DNA from: Octopus sinensis
Lineage: Eukaryota
DNA: 64,000 bases
Assembly: GCF_006345805.1 (NCBI RefSeq)
Contig: NC_043002.1
Location: 107,446,001 to 107,510,000 of the forward strand
Direction: 5' to 3'
Shown here: piece by piece, positions 53,061-64,000 of the stretch
Layout: each line of letters begins with the position of its first letter
Position numbering within the stretch: the first letter of the stretch is position 1
Position numbers and translations under genes: made by a program
Notes under the pieces: model-generated
Told to the model about the DNA's origin: nothing
The model's database searches: none
The model's input: the letters and a program-made list of their open reading frames with translations, nothing else

Positions 53061-53488
53061 CGCACGCACACACATTATTTGTTACAGTGTGTCTGTGTGT
53101 GTGTTCGTGTCTGTGTGTTCGTTCTCTTAAAATGGCTTAATAATGAAAAAAGTAAAAGTTTTTAAAAGGATGAAACTCTTGCTCAAATCCCTCCTATACA
53201 ATGTTTTTTTTTTTTTATACAAATACTAATACAATCATATAATGAATCTCCTTAAATTATCATCCCTTGCACCCGTCCTTTATTCCCCATTCTGTCTACT
53301 CCAACTCGCATCCATTCCCTTACAGATTTCAAAATATATTCTTCACTCACTCTTTCCTCTCTAGTTTTATCCATGTTATCCTCTCTTTAACACTTTTCTC
53401 CGGTTCTCTTTCGTCATCTCTGTATTGCAGCTAATATATACGTGTGTGTGTGTGTGTGTATGCTATATACATGTGCTTGCTTGCTTGC

Positions 53489-53538
<50 letters not shown>

Positions 53539-53782
53539 ATATATATTTATTTATATATTTGTGTATATTTCTTGTGTCTCTCCCCCTTTCTCTCTCTCTC
53601 TCTCTCTCTGTGTTTGCCTGCTGTCACTAATTATCATATCTTTCCAGTTTGTGCTGTCAATCAGGTTGTATGGGGGCGGAGTCAAAGCAGTAAAGCCGCT
53701 GCCAGACCGAGGCTGTTACTTTAGACATTTCTATCAACAGCAGCAGGTACGACGACGACGACTTGAACCAGCAGAAACAAGG

Positions 53783-53842
53783 ATGCGCTCGACCAGGGCA
53801 CCACTTCGAGCCAGTATTCTGGTTCTAATCACTCTCAAGCTG
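53783..53842 (+). CDS. Delta: Notch ligand (Delta-like) coding exon 1, signal peptide MRSTRAPLRASILVLITLKL
   Basis: ATG at 53783, basic then hydrophobic leader, donor CTG|GTGAGT in phase 0, in frame with the next exon. Confidence 0.8.
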
Positions 53843-54581
53843 GTGAGTGTCCGTTTCTTTGAAGGGCAGGGGCCCCAGTCGGTTCCTTTAAGGTTTTATA
53901 CTTTGAAATATTTCACCCACCACCCCTACCTTTCCCACTCTCTCTCTCTCTTTCTCTCTTACATTCCATCTCTTCTTCTTCACTTCACCCACCCCCCTAC
54001 ATTCCATCTCATTCCTTCTCCTCTCTCTCTCTCTCTCTCTCTCGTTCCTTCTCTCTCTCTATTTTCTTTTAATTTCTTTTGAAGCTTTCCTACCTACCCA
54101 CCCCTCCCCTCCTCCTTCTGCATTCCATCTTTCTTTCCTTGTCCTTTCTCTCTTCTTTTCTCTCTCTCTCAATATTTTGGTTTAGCTTTTAATTCTTCTC
54201 GTTTCCAAACTAATTCCTGCAGAGAATTTCATTTCTCTCTTTGTCTCTCTCTCTCTCTCTCTCTCTCTCTCCTTCTCACCTTTTCTCTCTCTCATATCCT
54301 CCCCCCCCTCTCCCATCTCTCTTTACATTCCATCTTTGTCTCTCTTCTCCTGAACCTTTGTTTCGGTTTTTCTTGTACTTTTGGTTCACCGTGTGTATAT
54401 GTTGTGTGTGTGTGTATATACACATGTAAATACATTTACAGGGCATATTTATGCCTGCCTAAGATTTCCCAAGAAAGATATTTAAAAACACGCATTATGT
54501 ATGAGGACTAGAGTAAAATGTTTATTATAAATGTTAACACACACGTGTATGTATAATAGTATTTTAAGAGGTATATATATA

Positions 54582-54619
<38 letters not shown>

Positions 54620-54826
54620 AAACACACAAGGAACACAGTTAAAACGGTGTCTATATACGTATATATATACATATATATATATATATATAATAATTTCTAA
54701 TTAAAGAAACCACTTTAAACTTCTTTGTTTCATGTCTATCGATGTTTATACATTTCCCCTTAATCTATAGAACGTGTCCTTGTTCGCGCGTGCCTATGTT
54801 TATTCGCAGGTTTTGCGTGTGTGTAT

Positions 54827-54864
<38 letters not shown>

Positions 54865-54974
54865 GCTGTGTTCCACAGTGTGTGTGTGTGTGTTTTTGGT
54901 CTGTGTGTGTATAAACCATTGAATGTGTAGAAAAAGTTTTAATCTTGTCTTGTGTTTATATCCACGTTGGTCAG

Positions 54975-55283
54975 GTCCTTGGTACCGGGCTGTTCGAACT
55001 AGAATTGAAATCCTTCACGAACACAAAGGGATTACTAAAAAGCGGCAACTGTTGCAGTAATAATGTGGTGGCCACCGACCAAGCTGGAGACAACTGTTCG
55101 GAGTGTTCTACCTTCTTTCGGATATGTCTTACGCATTACATGTTCAATATTGTCCCGGGGGGAAAGTGTTCCTTTGCCCGCAAAGAGTTACCAGTTTTGG
55201 GGAGAAATAACATAGATTTCTCTAAGGATTTACCTGGTAATTTTACCAACCCGTTGAGGTTTTTGATCAATTCTTCGTGGCCG
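54975..55283 (+). CDS. Delta: Notch ligand (Delta-like) coding exon 2, N-terminal MNNL/C2 domain
   Basis: TCAG| acceptor; VLGTGLFELELKSFTNTKGLLKSGNCC...CSECSTFFRICLTHY...CSF...PVLGRNNIDF...NPLRF..NSSWP; donor CCG|GTAAGT in phase 0, at the same position as in vertebrate DLL/JAG genes. Confidence 0.93.
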
Positions 55284-55524
55284 GTAAGTTGTGATTTTCT
55301 TCTCTCTCTCTCTCTCACATTGTAAATACATTTTTATTGTATAAAACAATTGTCGTTGTGTGTCTCAGTCTCTTCTAATTCCATTCAGCATCTGAGATGC
55401 TTTATTGTTTATTTGTAGTTTTTTCATGTGTGTCGTCTGCCTGTCTATTGATGTTTGCATTTCCCAAGAATATCTTTGTGGTCTGGTGATTGTTTATTCA
55501 TATCTGCTAGCTTAGAATCACTGT

Positions 55525-55960
55525 AACACTGGCGGAATCGTTAGCACGCCGGACAAAATGCCTAGCGGTATTTCGTCCGTCTTTACGTTCTGAGTTCAAA
55601 TTCCGCCGAGGTCGACTCTACTTTTCATAATTTCGGCGTCGATAAAATCGGTACCAGTTGAGTACTGGGGGTCGATCTTATCGACTTACCCCCTCCCCCA
55701 GAAATACTGGCCTTGTGTCAAAATATTGAAACCATTGTTGAGGTGGCGAGCTGGCTAAATCGTTATGGAGTCGAACAAAATGCTTAGCGATATTTTTCCC
55801 GACCTTCATGCCCTGAGTTCACATTCCTCCCTGGTCGACTTCGCTTTTTGTCCTTTCGTGACCAGTAAAATAAAGTACCAGTCAAGTACTCGGGGGGTCG
55901 ATGAAATCGACTTATCCCCTCCCGTTAAAATGACCCTTGTTCCAAAATTAGAGAAACAGT
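55525..55960 (+). mobile_element. Two family A SINEs in intron 2
   Basis: GGCGGAATCGTTAGCACGCC head and core, followed by a second degenerate copy. Confidence 0.75.
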
Positions 55961-57048
55961 TCTTATTATTCCATAGCCACCAACATAGTATAATATGATT
56001 ATATTACGAGCAGAGAGCTCGTTGCTACTTTGTCGTTTAATATCCGACATACAGAGAGTAGCTTCCACACTCGGCATCTATAGCCGACCTTGTACACTGC
56101 GGTTGTTAAACCTCAAGTCCTCTCTCATCCAGTACGGTCGAAAGCGTTCCACTCATGATCATCTCTATGACAGTTTAGCCAGTCTTCGTAAATTGATATT
56201 TTGGAAGGTGAGGTGAATTTTAGTGTTTGTTGCAGTGTGATCTCACAGGGGTCCCCTTGGGTATATCAGCCTTTTTGTTTATATTTTGCTCTCGAGGAGA
56301 AAAACTCCTTTTTCGGAGCAAAACTTCTTAACGAATCGAACCTTCATTGCCCAGAACACTGGTCCAAGTGCAAATAAATTATATTTTGCCGACTGAGTAC
56401 ATCCAGCGGCAAGGCTTTTAAAGAGCCTCTTCATTTTCGAAGATCGGCTGGAGAACATAATTGTGAGTGTGTGTGTGTGTGTGTGTGAATACGTACACCA
56501 CTGGTTTTCGGCGTAACCGAAACCCTAACACTAACCATCGGGCGTACGTGTTCGTACCTTCGCCTATTTAGTTGCCTCTCCCCTTCTTTTAAAAGCAAAA
56601 AAACTCAAACAGGAGGGTGGGTGTAAGCGGCAAAGAGAACCTAAATGATCATTCTTTTACTGCTTTATCATTGAACGGCAATCCAAACTGGATTACCACC
56701 ACAAAAGTTTTTTTCTTTCAGTCAATTACAATCGACTCCCGAGTTACTTTGTTAAACTATCGATCCCTTAAAGGAACAAGTAAAACGAAAATGCAATCGC
56801 TGTAAGCTTAAAAGTCAGGAAGAGTAGGAGTCCTGTAATTATTTGTACGATCCGCGGGAGATCGAACCTTGGTGTATTCTTTTGCTATTTCAACCATCTC
56901 GAGGACTCCTTCCAGCGCCTAAGTTGCAACAACGATGAATAAGTTATAAAAACAATGTATGAATGTGTGTGTGATTATTTCTTTCTTTCTTTCTTCCTTC
57001 CTTCCATGTCTACCACAAAAACGTTTAAGTGTGTATACATACATACAC

Positions 57049-57087
<39 letters not shown>

Positions 57088-57113
57088 TTTATTTTAAAAT
57101 TTTTATTTTGAAG

Positions 57114-57171
57114 AGGTCCTTCTCGTTGATCATCGAAGCTTGGCATAAAATTCGGAATGGACAGGCAGATG
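57114..57171 (+). CDS. Delta: Notch ligand (Delta-like) coding exon 3, RSFSLIIEAWHKIRNGQAD
   Basis: TTTTGAAG| acceptor; FSLIIEAWH completes the WP-xxFSLIIEAxH motif; donor G|GTAAGT in phase 1; 58 nt. Confidence 0.9.
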
Positions 57172-57976
57172 GTAAGTTATTTTACTTGGAAATTATTGCC
57201 GAGGTGGCGGGTGGAAATTCTCACACCCGCCTCCTCTTCCTACTATTACTACTACTACTACTATAACATATTACACTTCGTCAGGGCTGCCTTTAACGAT
57301 ACGCTCTACTCTCTTTCATGCTTTCATGTTCTATCTCTCCCTTTTTTTGACCCCCTCACTCACTCTCTGACCTCTCTCTCTCTCTCACTCACGCACAACT
57401 GTCTGTTTAGCAAGCATTGTATGTGTGTGTGTGTGTGTGTGATCCATCTAGAATCCTTGCCTGACTCGGTTAAATGAATGAGATGCCGAGTAAAGTGTTG
57501 CTGTTGAGTAGTAAATAAACCTATTACACATCGTTGGGGATTGTTTAGCACCCGGCAACTTTAATCCAGCTGATATGCTGACCAAAATCGTTCCGGCCGT
57601 GACCATGCTGTCTATATTTTTTCTTTATTGCCTAGTATGGCGAAAGTAAAGAATATGTACACCCGGTGTTTTGAGGGGTTACGCTGAAAACGGGTGGTAT
57701 ACGTATTCTTTACCTCTGCTGCCTAGTGTATCTGGAACTACAGCAGGTTTTTGTTTCTGAAAGACAAGTTTTAGGAGGATGAAAATATTAGTTTTTATCT
57801 TAAAAGAATGGATTTAGTAATTGCTTCGAGACAGCTTTATTGAAGTTAAATATTCCAACTTTTATGTACAGTCTCTCTCTTTCTCTCTCTCTCTTTCTCG
57901 CTCTTTCTCTCTATATCTCTCTCTCTCTCTCTCTGACCTCGTGAGCACCGCTGGCGATTTTTTTCCTCTGTTCTAT

Positions 57977-58012
57977 GTTTCTGACGAAGAGGCTCCGCTC
58001 GAAACGTTAAAC
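57977..58012 (+). ncRNA. Minimal type I hammerhead ribozyme of the PLE pseudo-LTR
   Basis: GUUU | CUGACGA A | GAG-GCUCCG-CUC | GAAA CGU U | AAAC: 4-bp stem I, 3-bp stem II, palindromic AACGUU. Confidence 0.75.
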
Positions 58013-58105
58013 CCTCCTTCTTCCCTTCTTTCCTGAGCGCGTCCAATAATACTTTATTTGTTTCGCGTTGTTGTTTTTTTTTTTGTGTTTTCTTGTTTGG
58101 ATTAA

Positions 58106-58166
<61 letters not shown>

Positions 58167-58618
58167 CGTTTAAATATTTGTTGTGCAAGATTTTTTATGT
58201 GAAGTCGTGTGTTGAAACAGATATATTTCGGAATGGTCATTTTGCCAGTTTAGCCAATAAAAACACACGCACTATATATTTGGTGTTATTTTGCTTCAGT
58301 GTTATTTATTTTTTACATTAATCTTAATCTTATTTCGGCCAGAGTTCTTTCGTCACACTCCTGCGACCGCATCAGTGGTCCTTTCTTTTCTTCTTTCTTA
58401 TTTGTGTCTCTCCTTACTAACCGTCAGCCATTTTGTATTTCTATTGTATGTCTTCATTTGCGCTTGCTTATATCTCTGTGCGTCTATGTTTATTTAGTGG
58501 GGGTATGCCTGTAATATTTGTATCTTCTGTTTATATACGTTCATGTAATTTGTATTTTGTTTTTGTTGTTTTTGTTTATTCTTATTTTGTTCGTGTTTAC
58601 ATCCACTTATTATTACCA

Positions 58619-59960
58619 ATGGTAAATATTAGAAATAAAATATATAGAGAGCTGAGCGAACAAGAGAAGCGTAAACGTATATTTTTAAAAGAAATTAAAA
58701 ACACCACTACACGAAAGGAGAAAACCTTACTAATGGATATAATATATGAAGAAAACAGACACGTAATACACCAATGCAATATCCATTTTAAGAGGAAGTT
58801 ATCGTGGTTGAAACAGAAACATCAATATGAGCTCGCAAAGGAAGAAAAGCAGAAGTATCCAGATACAATAAATGGAATTATGGAAGATGTGCTACTACCA
58901 GAAGAGTTCAATGAAGCGAACATCTATGGGGGAGTAACAACGGACCCAGACGAAATATCGATACTTCAACTACCACCAAAGTATGCAGTGTATAGTAAGG
59001 TGAATACCATCAAATGCCTGTCCGAGATTGAAAAGTCGTTCACAAAAATACGTTGAAATTTAAATAGATACAATGACAACAACACTTGCAACAACAACAA
59101 CAACGCGAAAAGCACTAACTGCAGCAGCAACAACACAAACAATAATGACCGCAGCAACAACAACAATAGAAAAAATGAATGCATAGACACAAACAATAGA
59201 TACAAATACAAGAACATAAACAGATAAAAAAATCGTATGCAACAACAACAATTATAGGGAGAACTGACACACAGATAACCATAGTCACAAAGACACGAAT
59301 AAAAGTTGTCATGGGGGTCACGATGGAAAATAAAGTTGAATGCAACAGAATCCTTGGACAGGGAGTCAGTAGACTTGAAACAGATAACAATACTCGTAGG
59401 AACAAAAATAACAACCACAACAGAGGGAATGACAGGGACCAACAGACAGACATAAAACCCAACACTAATATGAACAACACATACACCAGAAACAGGAACA
59501 ATGAAAATATCACTAGCGATAATCAGAATGATAGCAATAATGGCAGTGGTAGGAATAACGGTAATAACAATAATAGTGGTAGTAGTAGTGGTGGTGGTAA
59601 CAGTATAAGTAGTAATGATGGTAGTGGTAATAGTAATAACAGTAGTAGTGGTAATAATAATAGGGAGGCTGATGATGGAAACAGTAACGATAATGAAGAT
59701 AACCCTAGAAAGACCCACCCCTTTGACACTCAATTCTTCAATGTATGTGACAAATCTTACTGCATGAGCTGGATTTATCCAACAACATTACCCTTCAACA
59801 TAAGAGTCTACATCCCAAGACATACTAATGACCATATGGAAGCACAGTTCACTATAGCTAGGACCAAACTTAGACAGATTTTAGGATTATACACTAAGAG
59901 ACAGAAGCCCAACAACTCAGGATTAAACCTGCATGTGGCCTACATAAGCTCATTCAGCGC
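58619..59960 (+). pseudogene. PLE ORF N-terminal region (disrupted)
   Basis: DEISILQLPPKYAVY...EIEKSFTKIR* (TGA at the KxRW tryptophan), Asn-rich insert, then LPFNIRVYIP. Confidence 0.75.
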
Positions 59961-61305
59961 ATGGGAAACGGAGAGGTGGTATGCCTTCCCACAGATAAAT
60001 CCGGCAGGATGTCAATAGACAGCTTACCAAACTACATCCAGGCAATGCAACCTCATATCGCCAATACAAAAATAACAACTGTACAGGCGCATGAGGTGAG
60101 AGAAAAGGTCCTCAACGCCCACATGAGGATTGGAGCGAATATCGCTAGCAATTACAGAATCTCCTACTTCCTCTCAATGATCATACGCCCTATAATCCGA
60201 ATGTCACCTGATGTTTGTGACAGCACAGAAGATCTCCTCAGCAGGATCAATGACTGTAACAACACTTGTGACCTGACAGGATGTATTGTGGGTAGCATGG
60301 ATGTGGTATCCCTATACCCATCGATCGATGTAGATTTTACGGTGAAGTGCGTGGAGATGATCAATGAGAGCCTGGTGGAATTCCGTAATGTCAACACAGA
60401 GGAACTGGGCCTCCTACTTAGACTGACATGTAATAATGAATACTTAGATAAACATAATCTTAGTAGTTTCTGCCCCAGTAGATGTTTAAGAGGTAGACCA
60501 CCCACAATTACTTCTATGGCTAAGAAGACACATATAGAAAGATGGCGCGGATGGACCAGAGCCCCGCAAATGTCCATCAGGTAAAGAAAATGATCGCACA
60601 TGCACTAGGAATTAGTATGAGTTACCCTAAAAGGCCACACGTTTAAGTTTAATAATAAAATATATGCCCAGGACGAGGGGGCAGCCATCGGCATTAGTAT
60701 CGCTGGTGATGTGGCCAACCTTTTCATGGTATGGTGGGACAAGGCTTAAAGAAGCCTAACACAACTCCATACTCGTAAACATGTACTCTCGCTATGTTGA
60801 TGATATCAACATAGTGGTAAAGGCACCCCCACAAGAGAGTAATGTTGATATAGTAATAGAATCTAATACTATGGAGAGCATCCAGCAAATAGCTAACTCC
60901 ATCCACCAGAGTATTAAGGTCACAATAGACTACCCCACTAAGCACCCCTACCATAGACTACCAGTACTAGACACTGAACTCTGGCTAGAAATTGTGAATA
61001 ATAAAACCCAAATCCTTCATTCATACTATGCCAAACCTATGGCCTCAAAATACTTGATCCACCGGAACTCAGCCATTGCGGACAATGCCAAATTCAATAT
61101 TTTGATGGCAGGCCTCGTCAGAATATTGAGAAATGTGTCACGCATGTGCGAGCCCACAGAGTTAAAGAGACACATACAATATTTCATTCATCGCATGCAG
61201 TTCTCAGGTTACAGCCATAAAGAAAGGATCAGAGTATATAAAGGAGCCATGAAGAAATTTGATAATATATTGTGTAATGATAGGAATGGGATTTGCCCAC
61301 TCTAG
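59961..61305 (+). pseudogene. PLE reverse transcriptase (frameshifted)
   Basis: PTDKSG, STEDLL, GSMDVVSLYPSID, QDEGAAIG...ANLFM, YSRYVDDI, LPVLDT and YAKP...SA thumb motifs spread over three frames. Confidence 0.92.
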
Positions 61306-61906
61306 GAACAAGTCATGGCACACTATAGAAAGGACAAAAAAGAAAATAGGGAAGGCCAACTCTTGTTATGATAGCCATAAATACCAGATTGTCATGTTCG
61401 TTGACACCACCCCAGGAGGTGAACTGGCGTACCGCTTTAGAAGGACCCTAGACAAACTTAAGCTAAGAATTAAGGTTGTTAAAAAGCCAGGCAACCCTAT
61501 CAAATCTATAATTGGTAGAACCCCCTGTACGGATAAGTACTGTACTGTATGTAGATTTAGCCCAGAAACAAACTGTATAGCCAGAAATGTAGTCTATAGT
61601 ATAAGATGTATAGAGGGACGATGCAGTAACAAGATGACATACGTAGGGGAAACGGCAAGAAGCATAGGAGAGAGGGTAAATGAACATTGGAGACGACTCA
61701 AGGAAGGTAAAAGCTCATCGATTCTGTACCAACACGCCGAACAGGAACAAGGGGGATCTCTCAACAATATAGAAGCTAAAATCTTGTCCACACATAGAAC
61801 AGATGAAACAATCAGACAAATAACAGAAGCTACACACATAATAGAAAATAAACCTAGCCTGAATAGAAAACTAGAATGGAGCACTAGCACACACCACAAC
61901 ATATGA
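61306..61906 (+). pseudogene. PLE linker and GIY-YIG endonuclease
   Basis: CTDKYCTVC...C..RNVVYSIRC..RC...YVGETARSIGERVNEH...LYQH...RQITEA..I..KPSLN. Confidence 0.92.
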
Positions 61907-62199
61907 CGATAGAGGATCCTGAAAACATAATAAACAAATAGAAATAAATAACTATATATATATATATTTTTTTTTTTTCGATTGGATTTATTATTATTAC
62001 TAGTATTGTTGTTATACATACATACAAGCATATGTAATGATAATAATAAGTGGATGTAAACACATGAACAAAATAACACCAAATATATAAGTGCGTGTGT
62101 TTTTATTGGCTAAACAGGCAAAAATGACCATTCCGAAATATAACAATATCTGTTTCAACACACGACTTCACATAAAAAATCTCGCACAACAAATATTTA

Positions 62200-62271
62200 A
62201 ACGTATATATATATATATATATATATATAAGTTAATCCAAACAAGAAAACAAAAAAACAAATATATATACA

Positions 62272-62334
<63 letters not shown>

Positions 62335-63210
62335 ATATATATGTATATATATATGTATGTGTGTATATATATGTATATATATATGTATGTGTGTATATAT
62401 ATGTATATATATATGTATGTGTGTATATATATGTATATATATATGTGTGTGTGTATATATATGTGTGTGTGTATATATATGTGTGTATATATATGTGTGT
62501 GTGTGTGTATATATATGTGTGTGTGTGTGTATATATATGTGTGTGTGTGTGTATATATGTGTGTGTATATATATATGTGTGTGTGTGTGTATGTATGTGT
62601 GTGTGTGTGTATATATGTTGTGTGTGTGTATATATGTGTGGTGTGTGTGTGTATATATGTGTGTGGTGTGTGTGTGTGTATATATGTGTGGTGTGTGTGT
62701 GTGTATATATGTGTGTGTGTGTATATATATGTGTGTGTGTGTATATATGTGTGTGTGTGTATATGTATGTGTGTGTGTGTATATATATGTGTGTGGTGTA
62801 TATATATGTGTGTATATATATGTGTGTATATATGTGGTGTGTGTATATATATGTATGTGTGTGTATATATAAGTATGTGTGTGTATATATATAGTATGTG
62901 TGTGTATATATATATGTGTGTATATATATATAAGTATATGTATATGTGTATATTTATATATACATACATACATGTATATATGTATATATATATACATACA
63001 TATATGTGTATTTGTATGTATGTGTGTATTCGTATGTGTGTGTATATTTGCATGTATATATGTTTGTGTGTGTGTATATTTGTATGTGTATGTGTGTATT
63101 TGTGTATGCATATATATATGTTGTGTGTATTTGTGTATGCATATATATATGTTGTGTGTATATGTGTATGTACATATGTTATGTGCTTGTGTGTGTGTGT
63201 ATATATGTCT
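62200..63210. repeat. ~1-kb compound (TA)/(TG) microsatellite with a 30-bp higher-order unit
   Basis: ATGTATATATATATGTATGTGTGTATATAT repeated over 62341-62460, decaying into irregular TA/TG. Confidence 0.95.
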
Positions 63211-64000
63211 ATATCCATCCCTTTACCCTCGTCGCCAATTGCATGCGTTTCCGCTCTGCTGTTTCACATTGCTGTGGAGAAAGAAGGAAACTTGCTCTTA
63301 GCCTTATGAACAGTAGTATACTGTTGCTATGGTGATGGAGTAGAAAGCGATTCTTCTTCTGCAGCCATGCTGGGCCACTGCTGCTGCATTGAAGCGGGTG
63401 GGCGAGTTGGCTTCGGCACTTTGTGTTCGTCGGCCTGCTAAGTTAATACACATGCTAAAACAACAGTTGTACCTGTGTACACACACACACACACACACGC
63501 TTTATATTACTGCTGTGGGATCAAACCCGGAATCAGGGGGCTGCGAAGACCTTTTCCACATAGCTCTATTTGTTTTTCCTATTCTTTATCCTTTGTTTAG
63601 CGTTGATCATGATGAAGGGCTATCTAATTACGACCATCTCAACTTTTTGCGGGAATGGGGGTGACCCAGTATAGCTACGACTATCTCTCTCTCTCTCTCT
63701 CTCCATCCTTTTTAAACTGTATGGCGTGATTTGAGGAAGATTTGGTTGCTATTTCTCAATGGTTGTGTGGCTGGATTCGATCTGTGTGTGGACATGTTGC
63801 ATAATTTCTATTACAACACTCGGATTAATCAGTCGTTTTGATGGAATTTGGTTCACGGAAATTGTATCAGCCCCCCCACCCCCTTGTTATTCCTGGGTGA
63901 GAAACTTGTCGGGTTTGACGTGTACTTGGTCCCAGGATGGCTCGAACGAAGTCCGCTCGTTTGATGTCGGACCAGGTTCTTGGAGGGACAGTGACGGTTG

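Larger units (their letters stand above)
57934..62260 (+). mobile_element. Penelope-like retroelement (C-terminal GIY-YIG type), inactivated, in Delta intron 3
   Basis: Hammerhead-bearing leader; broken ORF from ATG 58619 to stop 61906; partial inverted leader copy at the 3' end; flanked by microsatellites. Confidence 0.9.

Noticed and set aside
52250-53140. 296-aa ORF upstream of Delta
   Set aside because: Low-complexity translation of the GC-rich promoter region and (TG)n repeats with no recognisable domain.
58286-58589. 296-bp deletion in the inverted leader as a spliced PLE intron
   Set aside because: No GT/GC...AG boundaries in any register on either strand; direct-repeat microhomology explains it.
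59054-59056. In-frame TGA as possible selenocysteine (as in Naiad PLEs)
   Set aside because: It falls at a conserved Trp (TGG to TGA), the element has C-terminal EN architecture, and it carries further stops, frameshifts and an apparent RT deletion near 60120.
59669-59685. CTGATGA...GAAA inside the PLE ORF
   Set aside because: No stem II or stem III can form; chance match in low-complexity sequence.
62091-63335. Long ORFs of 200-340 aa (CVYI / HTHI repeats)
   Set aside because: They are translations of TA/TG microsatellite, which lacks stop codons in several frames; the same applies to most short ORFs in the track.
63210-63660. Candidate Delta exon 4 (DSL domain)
   Set aside because: No frame shows the expected W...Y...C..xYYG..C pattern.

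Overview
AT-rich, microsatellite- and repeat-dense eukaryotic DNA. The repeat families resemble those of Octopus-type cephalopods (inference from the repeat landscape only). One host gene is supported: the 5' end of a Notch-ligand (DSL family, most likely Delta) gene on the + strand, with three coding exons (53783-53842 signal peptide, 54975-55283 and 57114-57171 N-terminal MNNL/C2 domain) and canonical in-phase GT-AG junctions; exon 4 was not found, so intron 3 appears to run off the window. I found no host coding exon in the ~52 kb upstream, which is filled with tRNA-derived SINEs (some in tandem multimers), non-autonomous Helitrons, TIR MITEs (piggyBac-like, hAT-like, Merlin-like) and fossil LINEs (RTE, R2/NeSL-like, Rex-Babar-like, Penelope-like). 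Intron 3 holds a near-full-length but broken Penelope-like element (RT + C-terminal GIY-YIG). Main observations: (i) five distinct minimal type-I hammerhead ribozyme motifs with palindromic stem III plus one decayed relic, including one behind a Pol III B-box and one in sense orientation inside the Delta intron; (ii) a 578-bp TIR element with an 8-bp TSD that carries telomere-like repeats; (iii) an inverted, internally deleted copy of the Penelope leader at the element's 3' end; (iv) a Merlin-like MITE nested in a hAT-like element, and several fold-back structures. All calls were made by eye with no alignments or folding runs; repeat boundaries are approximate unless fixed by TSDs or TIRs.
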